Of a stretch of 59,632 bases of DNA, positions 51,283 through 59,632 are shown in pieces; within the stretch, counting starts at the first letter, position 1; each line of letters begins with the position of its first letter. The stretch lies in the NCBI GenBank assembly GCA_002104905.1, contig MCFE01000548.1, forward strand, positions 1 through 59,632, in the 5' to 3' direction. The notes under the pieces are model-generated. The model did not search any database. It was given only the letters and a program-made list of their open reading frames with translations, and was not told the origin of the DNA. Position numbers and translations under genes: made by a program. Source of the stretch: Basidiobolus meristosporus CBS 931.73. Its lineage: Eukaryota > Fungi > Basidiobolomycota.

Positions 51283-53179
51283 TGATACGCTTCTGGATTG
51301 ATGCCTTGTTCAATCACTATAATGCATTTGCCTGATAGCTATTTCCCCGGCACCAACATCCGCGCATAGAGGTTGTGCTTGAAGGTTATTTATCATATAA
51401 GTATATGCTACAAAGGAATGAAATTTTGTAAGTCATTCGGTGATAACTGCTAGAATGTGGTTGTTGCTAATTCAGTATTGCCAGTTTTAACACTGTCTAT
51501 TGAGCAGTGTTGGAAACAATGTTGGAATATGTTGTACATTATACTGGAAGGATAAATACCAAGTCTGATACTTGTTAGGCCACTATGGAAGCTTCTGATA
51601 AAACTTTTAAGGCATTGTTTAGCTATACTGAAGCAATGATGCCACAGAAATTACTAAGACTCTACAAAATTACACATTTGCTACCAATAACTATGCACAG
51701 CAGTGTGCAATATGTTGTCAGTGTTATAAGAGCTTTGAACTTACTGGGAGAAAAGTGGGCTACATGATTGTTGCTTAATGATTGACTAATTGTAAAAGTG
51801 GTATTTTTACTCTTACATGGTCTAGGCAGGGAAGCTATATAGAATATATCTTGGAAGGTCTCAAGAACAAATGTGCAAAGTTTGGGGCTGTTTGGACAAC
51901 TTCAAAATTTCCCATGTTCTGGGTACCTGATATTTAGGTGAGAAATAAATCAAGTCCCATCATGAAATTTAGGCAAGATTGTCCAAGATTTGTAGACTAT
52001 TTTTGATAGTTGAATTGTGGCCAAAATGGCCAGTAGGTTGGGGGAACTGAGTAGAATTTCTGGACAGTCACTGGCCATATTTACTAGACAAGTCTGACTA
52101 ATTAGCATTTCCAGAATTTTAGCCAATCAGAGCCTTCCCCTTGCCCAATGGTTGATAGGGTGTAGGTGTTATAGTCAGGACCAGAAAAGGTCAAACATGC
52201 AGGGTGCTTGGAGGATGCAATCCCCTACAATTCTCCCATACTATTCAAATCCCTTTGAATTACTTTTCTTTCATCATTGGTTTTGATCACAAGGGTTGCT
52301 ACTCCTCTACCTAAGCCTAAAAACTCTAACCACATATGCCTTACTCTGCATTTTGCATTTATGCATCATCATAAATAAATATATTTTGGCCCCTTATTTG
52401 CTTCCCTACTGTTGCATCCAAGAGAAAAGTGTAATAAAACTCTTGAATGAGTTAACTGAACCCAAGTGACAACTAAGTGCAGAATCTTAGAATTGTCAAG
52501 AGTGTCAGAAATATTAGCAGAGAGGTTCTGGTCTAATATTGGTCTTATATATAGCTGAGTTGGGCTATAAAGGTAACAGAGTAGGTTTGCTATGCAGGCT
52601 AGGCTTGGTGTTCTTGAGAGTGCTAGATATGCTAAGCTTGGGTAGAAACTAGAATTGATTTGTTGAATTCTTAATTTTGTTGAGACACACACTAAACCAA
52701 AAGGTTCAGTAAACTTTATTTATACTTTTCTGATTGAGTTGCATTGGTAAGCACCAAGAGACTGGACTAATTGAAATCTGATGGGGTGTTGATAGGTGCA
52801 TAAGATAAATGAATAATTGCCTCATTAATCAGCTGATATCTTGGCAACTGCTAAGTGGTTGGATAAATCTCAGATGACTAATCACTTGGAAAGGCTTAGC
52901 AGATCAGTTGAGGATGTAATGACCACATGAAAATTGATAAGGTGTGACAGCTAAATATAGATTCTGAGAAGTGATAAAATAAACCATAACAGGGATTAGT
53001 ATGTTTGGATTAGGGAAAATCATTTAGGGTACTAGATTTTCTAATGGTGTGAAATTGGCCAAGTTTTAAATGTTGATGCACAACACCAGCACTCTTTGTA
53101 TGAAATTACTAAGTGTTTATAATCAATTTGTTGCCAAAGTGTTATCTAAGATGCTATAGTTTATAAATGTTACTATTCA

Positions 53180-53513
53180 TTAGGGTTAGGTTTAGGGGGG
53201 AGACAGTCACCAACAGGTAAAATCTTTATTTCAGTTGAAATAAAGAAGCCAGCGCTACTGTTGTAGCTTTGATATAAGAGTGTGTAGCTGAGGGGAACTT
53301 GTAGGTAAGTTAATAAGAAGTGATGATAGTTCTTCAGTGCTCAAGACACTGTTCAGTGGGAAGGGGGGTAGCAAGAGAGGTAAGAATGACTTGTGAACAA
53401 CATTAATGAGGGAAAGTGATAAGGATTGATATTCATCATAAAGGGAGTGTGCTGCTGCAGATATTGCTGCCAAAGGTCTGTCAAGTACTTCAGGTAGGCC
53501 AGCTTGGGTTTTT
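53180..53513 (-). mobile_element. Unit A1: heavily 5'-truncated non-LTR retroelement, lineage A (3' end only)
   Basis: About 98% identical to 54917-55230; begins on + with TTAGGGTTAGGTTTAGGGGGG, then the shared hairpin module and the ORF2 C-terminus (...KLQQ*). Confidence 0.88.
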
Positions 53514-54593
53514 AGGGGAGGGAAAGTCACCAAGTTGGTGAAATCTTTATTTGAGTTAAGAACTAATCTAAGTACAAATAAAGAAGCCAATTAAGAGGTC
53601 TAGAACCTCTCTAATAAGTAATCTAATTTATGTTTTGTTTCATCTCTAATGTTTATTTCAATAAAGTAAAGCTCATCAGGGGTAAATATGAAATTCAAGG
53701 GATTTGGGGGAAGTACAAATTGTAGATGTTTCTGATCAATATAATCCAAGACTGGAACCCAGCCTGGAATTAGGTGTAGTAGGAAAGGTGTGTGGACTTG
53801 TAAGTAGCTCTGCCACATAGATCTTAGATGGTCCTGAGCCAGTAGTCTTGGTTTCTCAGCTTTTTGAAGTTTTGAAGCAAGCTCTGTTACTACAGCAGAG
53901 CCAATCAGGGTGTGCCAGCAAGAAGATTTCAGGGAGGAGTTAGATTTAAGCCATTGTTTGATGGAGGGGTTATGTGATTTCTGAAGTTTGACTAGGAAGG
54001 AAGCACAGAGATAGACCATTTGGATTTGGTATGGGTAGAACCCAAAGGCTCCATTAGTTGCATGGATATAGGGAGATACTGGAAGATAAGGTACCAAGGA
54101 TCTGATACACTGATGGAGAAATTTATCCAGGCAGTGAAGTTCTCTAGAGGTTAGGGGTATAATGTGGAGACCAAATTCAAGTACTGGCAGTATATACTGC
54201 TTCAGAAGTATAGGGATCTTTTGAATTGGAGTGTCTGGAGTGACTACTACCAGAAGCTTTTTGATAGCCTGTTGGGCAAGACGGATCCTATTATTCAGGT
54301 GGAGCTTTGAGTCAATCCCATGTTGACAAAATGGCAGACCTAGATATATTGCAGTTTGTTGTGGCAGAATGGTAGTGTTCTGTATAGTTGTAGTGCACCC
54401 AATTGGGACTGTCTTGGAAATTGAGAGTGAGAGGTTGTTGGCAGCCAAGTACTTCTCAATGATGGCAGTGTCTGCTATGGGATTAGGAGTAGCAATCTTG
54501 ATATCATCTGCATAGAGAGTAAGTAGTGGATAGGGAGAGTCTGGTGAGGGGCCTTTTGGAAATAAAGGAAAGTTGTGTAGGAATATCACAAAA
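53512..54593 (-). mobile_element. Unit B1: 5'-truncated non-LTR retroelement, lineage B
   Basis: About 98% identical to 58433-59513; RT C-terminal half with LYADD and YLGLPF; begins on + with TTAGGGGAGGG plus the module. Confidence 0.9.
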
Positions 54594-54666
54594 ATACTAG
54601 GGAAGTAGAAAATAAGGGAATGAGCACATCTGTCAGTGGGTGTCACTGTCACCCCACTACAGCACG

Positions 54667-54879
54667 GTAACCATACCCCAACAGGTTTTAAGGATACCCA
54701 CTTGCTACATTTACTAGTGTCTAGCGGAAGTTATCAATCATCAGCCATGTGGTAATAAAGTGCTTTTATTTTTCATCATGATAGTTTTACATGAGTCCTT
54801 AACACACTTTCATAGTGTGCAGTAACCACACCCCAACAGGTTTTAAGGATACCCACTTGCTACATTTACTTGTGTCTAG
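54667..54879. repeat. Two 58-bp direct repeats in the non-coding spacer between B1 and A2
   Basis: GTAACCAYACCCCAACAGGTTTTAAGGATACCCACTTGCTACATTTACTWGTGTCTAG at 54667-54724 and 54822-54879 (2 mismatches). Confidence 0.92.
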
Positions 54880-54902
54880 GGTGTAGGTGTTATAGTAAAG
54901 GC

Positions 54903-57389
54903 TAGGGTTAGGGGGGAGACAGTCACCAACAGGTGAAATCTTTATTTCAGTTGAAACAAAGAAGCCAGCGCTACTGTTGTAGCTTTGATACAAGAGTGTG
55001 TAGCTGAGGGGAATTTGTAGGTAAGTTAATAAGAAGTGATGATAGTTCTTCAGTGCTCAAGACACTGTTCAGTGGAAAGGGGGGTAGCAAGAGAGGTAAG
55101 AATGACTTGTGAACAACATTAATGAGGGGAATGTGATAAGGATTGATATTCATCATAAAGGGAGTGTGCTGCTGCAGATATTGCTGCCAAAGGTCTGTCA
55201 AGTACTTCAGGTAGGCCAGCTTGGGTTTTTCTGACTGCAGAATATAGTGTGCAAACTTCTTGACTTCAGGATCTCCAAGTATAGTTCTCCAGCAGGAGCC
55301 AGGTGTTGTGTGGTGTGTTCTCTTCCAGGCCTTTATCAGCGGGTTGTTGCAGTTGTGAAGTCTGAGGTATAATCTGGTTCTAAGGTAGAGAAGTCGTATC
55401 TTATAGTGCATAAACCCAAAAGCACCAAGAATAGCATGTCTGTAGGGGCATTCAGGCAAATGAGGCACCAAGGAGGTAATGCACCATACTGCAAACTTGT
55501 CAGCTTAGTGCAGTCTCTAGAAGTAAGAGAGAGAAGTGGTAAGCCAAATTCCAGGACAGGGAAGACAAACTGCTTGAGTAGAAGGAGGCAGCTGGGAGCT
55601 GAAGTTGTAGGAGGAGTAACAGCCAGTAGCTTGTGGAGTGCTTGTCTTGCCAGGATAATTCTCTTCTTCAGGTGTGCTCCAGAGTCTAGTCCAGTAGGAA
55701 GGAAAGGAAAGCCAAGATATGTAGCAGAAACCTGAGCAGGTAGAGTGGAGTTCTCCAAGCTGATGGGAGAGCCCAAAGGTACTGTCTTTGCAATGGAAAG
55801 CTGGAGATTATTCTTCTGCAGATACTGGTGGATGGCCTGGGAGTCTTGTTGCACATTGGAGGAGGATATTCTGATGTCATCAGGAAAGAGAGTAACCAGG
55901 CAGTCAGCTGAGAGTCTTGGGAGGTCATTCAGGAAGATGGCAAGCAGTATAGGACCAAGCACAGAGCCTTGAACCACTCCATTAGGAACTGAGAACACAG
56001 CTGATTGCTCACTTGGGTGAAGAATTCTTGCTTGTGGATCCAGAAACAGAGACCTGACAAGGAGGGTGAGAGATGTACTGGAGAAGCATTGCAACTTGGA
56101 CCAAAGCAGATTTCTGTCAACTGAATCAAAGGCCTTAGTAGTATCAAACAGAATAGAGGGATACTTGCACTGGAGAGAGTGATCTTGGCTAAGTATGACT
56201 GCATATTCCAAGGAGAGGCCAGGAACAAAGCCAAACTGCACAGGATGAAACTTGAGGGAGTCAGAGTAGAGCTCCTGAGCAAGCAGAAGCTCAAACACCT
56301 TTCTGCAGGTGGGCAGCAGAGATATTGGCCTGTAGGAGCTAGGATCCAGGTGCTTTCCTTTACCCTTGTACAGTGGCAGAACATTTGCAAAGGACCATTC
56401 TTCAGGAGTAGAAAGCTGGGCTGAGCATTGCTGAAACAGTGGAAGCAGAAGTGCAGACATGGCCTTGGTACTAGTCTTCAAAAGCTCATAGGAGATTGTG
56501 TCCACACCTGGAGCAGTAGAGTTGGGAAGCCTCTTGACCACATTATGGATTCTCCTTTGATCAAGTGCAAGTGGGATGGGCAGAGTCTTGAAGTCAGGAT
56601 GAAAGCCAGGAGTTGAGTACTGCTTTGTAGAGAAGAAGATGTTAGCCAGCTGTTCTGTTGAGGGTAACTTCCTGGAAGAGGGCCTCATTGCCCTGTAGAG
56701 TCTTGATACTGTTCTTGTTATAGAGTTGGAAGATTGCAGAGGCAAAGAACTCATAATATGATCCCAGAGCTGAGTATGCAGAGTGTGGTGAATTGCCTTG
56801 GAGTGGTGTATGGCTGTCAGGAGGAGTTTCTCTGTTTTTGGGTTAGGGAAACTCAGGTAGGTTTGTTGCAGGGCTGAAACAATGGATTCCCATTTTCTTG
56901 AGGTAACAGCAGTAGTCTTGCATGGCAGTGAGAGGGAGGCAGACACAAGAATCAGATGCTTCACAAAGAGCCATGCATAGTTGAGATCATCTGGCAGAGA
57001 AAGTAGCAAGCTGGCAAGCTTCAAGTAGTTCCCAAAGTCTTTCTTCTGATTCTTGGTAGCTTTGTGGGTGAGCACAGTACGTTTTGGCAGCTTCTTCTTC
57101 ACAACTGGTTGCATAGAAAGGGACCAGGCTGGGTGGTCAGAGGCTCTCAAGGATCCTAGCTCAGCTCCAGAGAATTGCTTAACTTCATTCACAAAGTAGA
57201 GGGCAGCAGCAGAAGGGCAGATCCAGTCAACACATCTTTTCTCAGATTGAGCACCTAGTGCTAGCAGATGGCTTTCTCTCAGGAAGTTCAGTAGGAATGT
57301 AGACCTTGGCTTCATTCTTGCAGTCAGAGTAGTCTTGTTCTCAGGATGGGGAATGTTGAGATCTCCAAGCAAGATAACAGGTGTTGATA
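54903..57389 (-). mobile_element. Unit A2: non-LTR (LINE-like) retroelement, lineage A, 5'-truncated inside the APE endonuclease
   Basis: APE remnants PVILLGDLN and SDH; RT motifs PGVDTISYELLK, YRPISLLPTCRKVFE, QFGF, FDTTKAFDSV, GVVQGSVLGP, FPDD, YLG; 3' end TAGGGTTAGGGGGG plus module. Confidence 0.93.
54971..57389 (-). pseudogene. A2 ORF2 (APE-RT), frameshifted near 55501
   Basis: ORFs 55336-57372 and 54971-55471 join into one frame (LDKFAVWCITSLVP, cf. lineage B LDKFLHQCIRSLVP) if one G is added at about 55501; could also be a sequencing error. Confidence 0.8.
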
Positions 57390-58417
57390 TAGGGTTAGGG
57401 GAGGGAAAGTCACCAAAGTAGGTGAAATCTTTATTTGATTTCAGACAAGTCTAACTACAAATAAAGAAGCCAGCTGGGAATAGAAGATTCCCAAGGTAAA
57501 CACTAAGTTGAATATGAATAAATCTAAGCTAAAGTTAAGGCAGTATCCCAGAGTACACTGGAGTTCAGGTTCATGGGGGAGTGAAGTAGATAAGCTTGAG
57601 AGATATAATAATCTTTTAAGAAGTGGGTAACAGCAGGCGAAGGGGAGTTATTGATAAGTGAAGTGAATCTTGAGAGCAGAGATTCCTCTAATGAGAAGGT
57701 CTTGTAAACTGGAGAATCAGGAAACTCTTTAAAGGCATGGTCAGTAGGTTCCCAGTAAAACTGGTCAGAGACATTTTGAGAGAACTCTTTGGCAATACTT
57801 TTGTCAAGTACTACCTCCAGAGTGTGATTGTTGATAAATCTCATGTTAACAATCTTGGATAAATTGTAACCTTGTTGCTTGAGATACATCCTATGCTCAG
57901 ATATAGGAATGAACTCAACATTGGCAAAGTAGCAGACAGCCCAGTCAGTAGCAGGAGGCAGATCAGAAGTAGAAGGAAACTTTCTTTTAGTCTTGGGAGG
58001 AGCAGCAGGATGTCTTGAGGAAGCAGGAACAGACTTTTTGACAGCTTCAGAGTAGGAAGAGTGAGCAGGAGCAGATAATTCTTGGGGAGTCTTGTTGGCA
58101 GGAAGAGTTGGCACAGGGACAATTGATTCTTGCAGATCAGAGAAGGCAGAAAACAGCTTGTGAACTTGCTTCTTGAGTAGAGCATTTTCAGCTTCAACAA
58201 GTGCAAGCCTTTCCTCCAGGAAAGAAATCTGAAGGGAATGGAGTGAAGGCATAAGAAATAAGAAGAAGAGGGTAGGATGGGGTGGGTGGGTGGGAAAATT
58301 AGCAGGAAGAAGAGAAGGAAGGAGCAAAAATTCCAGAAGTCAGAATTTATAGATGGATGGACAAGGGTAGATGGATGGATTATTCCTGGGTTAGGAAAAC
58401 TAGCAGGGAGAAGAGAA
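57390..58417 (-). mobile_element. Unit C: RT-less element with a single ORF1-like gene and the same telomeric 3' module
   Basis: Starts on + with TAGGGTTAGGGGAGGG plus the hairpin module; only about 130 nt between ORF stop and terminus; no ORF2. Confidence 0.8.
57524..58252 (-). CDS. Non-LTR ORF1-like (gag-equivalent) protein, 242 aa from the first ATG
   Basis: N-terminal coiled coil (FLEERLALVEAENALLKKQV), SYSEAVKK motif, P/K-rich linker, RRM-like beta-alpha-beta segment (VCYFANV...LKQQGYNLSKIVNMRFINNHTLEVVLD). Confidence 0.68.
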   Translation of the reverse strand: MPSLHSLQISFLEERLALVEAENALLKKQVHKLFSAFSDLQESIVPVPTLPANKTPQELSAPAHSSYSEAVKKSVPASSRHPAAPPKTKRKFPSTSDLPPATDWAVCYFANVEFIPISEHRMYLKQQGYNLSKIVNMRFINNHTLEVVLDKSIAKEFSQNVSDQFYWEPTDHAFKEFPDSPVYKTFSLEESLLSRFTSLINNSPSPAVTHFLKDYYISQAYLLHSPMNLNSSVLWDTALTLA

Positions 58418-58439
58418 GGGTTAGGGTTAGGGTTAGGGG
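58418..58439 (+). repeat. Telomeric-type (TTAGGG)3 tract at the C/B2 junction
   Basis: GGG TTAGGG TTAGGG TTAGGG G. Confidence 0.92.
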
Positions 58440-59632
58440 AGGGAAAGTCACCAAGTTGGTGAAATCTTTATTTGAGTTGAGAACTAATCTAAGTACAAAT
58501 AAAGAAGCCAATTAAGAGGTCTAGAACCTCTCTAATAAGTAATCTAATTTATGTTTTGTTTCATCTCTAATGTTTGTTTCAATAAAGTGAAGCTCATCAG
58601 AGGTAAATATAAAATTCAGGGGTTTTGGGGGAAGTACAAATTGTAGATGTTTCTGATCAATATAATCCAAGACTGGAACCCAGCCTGGAATTAGGTGTAG
58701 TAGGAAAGGTGTGTGGACTTGTAAGTAGCTCTGCCACATAGATCTTAGATGGTCCTGAGCCAGTAGTCTTGGTTTCTCAGCTTTTTGAAGTTTTGAAGCA
58801 AGCTCTGTTACTACAGCAGAGCCAACCAGGGTGTGCCAGCAAGAAGATTTCAGGGAGGAGTTAGATTGAAGCCATTGTTTGATGGAGGGGTTATGTGATT
58901 TCTGAAGTTTGACTAGGAAGGAAGCACGGAGATAGATCATTCGGATTTGGTATGGGTAGAACCCAAAAACTCCATTAGTTGCATGGATATAGGGAGATAC
59001 TGGAAGATAAGGTACCAAGGATCTGATACACTGATGGAGAAATTTATCCAGGCGGTGAAGTTCTCTGGAGGTTAGGGGTATAATGTGGAGACCAAATTCA
59101 AGTACCGGCAGTACATACTGCTTCAGAAGTATAGGGATCTTTTGAATTGGAGTGTCTGGAGTGACTACTACCAGAAGCTTTTTGAGAGCCTGTTGGGCAA
59201 GATGGATCCTATTATTCAGGTGGAGCTTTGAGTCAATCCCATGTTGACAAAACGGCAGACCTAGATATATTGCAGTTTGTTGTGGCAGAAAGCTAGTGTT
59301 CTGTATAGTTGTAGTGCACCCAATTGGGACTGTCTTGGAAATTGAGAGTGAGAGGTTGTTGGCAGCCAAGTACTTCTCAATGATGGCAGTGTCTGCTATG
59401 GGATTAGGAGTAGCAATCTTGATATCATCTGCATAGAGAGTTAGTAGTGGATAGGGAGAGTCTGGTGAGGGGCCTTTTGGAAATAAAGGAAAGTTGTGTA
59501 GGAATATCACAAATAGTAAGGGACCTAGTACAGATCCTTGGACTACTCCATTTGGAACCTCATAAGTCTCTGATGTACAACTTGGATGCAAAATTTTGGC
59601 TGAGTTCTCACAAAATAGAGAACGTACAAGAA
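58418..59632 (-). mobile_element. Unit B2: non-LTR retroelement, lineage B, continues beyond the window
   Basis: Frame open from the right edge (LVRSLFCENSAKILHP...GVVQGSVLGP...LYADD...YLG) to stop at 58521; same 3' module as B1. Confidence 0.92.

Noticed and set aside
51290-51770. Decayed coding relic
   Set aside because: Frames are broken by stops and no motif could be assigned by eye; it needs tBLASTn.
53201-53250. Hammerhead ribozyme in the 3' module
   Set aside because: A GAAA follows one stem on +, but there is no conserved CUGANGA core on either strand across the five copies.
53255-53590. 111-aa ORF as a real gene
   Set aside because: Chimeric read-through from the B1 3' UTR module across the junction into the A1 ORF2 tail. 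The N-terminus of ORF 53600-54652 similarly runs into the spacer.
53512-59513. RIP as the cause of B1/B2 divergence
   Set aside because: Some TG/CA to TA changes exist, but copies are about 98% identical with open frames, and CpG changes are more enriched relative to site number; classic RIP is a Dikarya process. Not excluded without a full spectrum.
53180-59632. Penelope-like (Athena/Coprina) element or telomerase RT
   Set aside because: The RT has LINE-type motifs (YRPISLL, KAFDSV, QGSVLGP) and upstream APE remnants (GDLN, SDH); no GIY-YIG, pseudo-LTR or TERT T-motif is seen.

Overview
Gene-dense fungal chromosome segment that very probably runs into a subtelomere. Short GT-AG introns with CTAAC branch sites, FKS and WOPR genes, plus ARMC7, TSSC1 and a U12-type intron point to an early-diverging fungus (Basidiobolus-like; inference only). 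Positions 1-50.9 kb hold about 20 protein genes, including two convergent 1,3-beta-glucan synthase (FKS) paralogs with patches of near-identical DNA (gene conversion). From about 51.4 kb the DNA is almost free of CpG. From 53.18 kb to the window end there is a head-to-tail array of five non-LTR retroelement units (A1, B1, A2, C, B2), all on the minus strand. Each unit ends not in poly(A) but in a shared, covarying double-hairpin module followed by 1-3 CCCTAA repeats (TTAGGG on +). Lineages A and B encode RT; unit C carries only an ORF1-like gene. The polarity matches retroelements added to a chromosome end, as in HeT-A/TART-like arrays, and this is the best candidate for an undescribed system. 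All alignments, splice calls and counts were made by eye.
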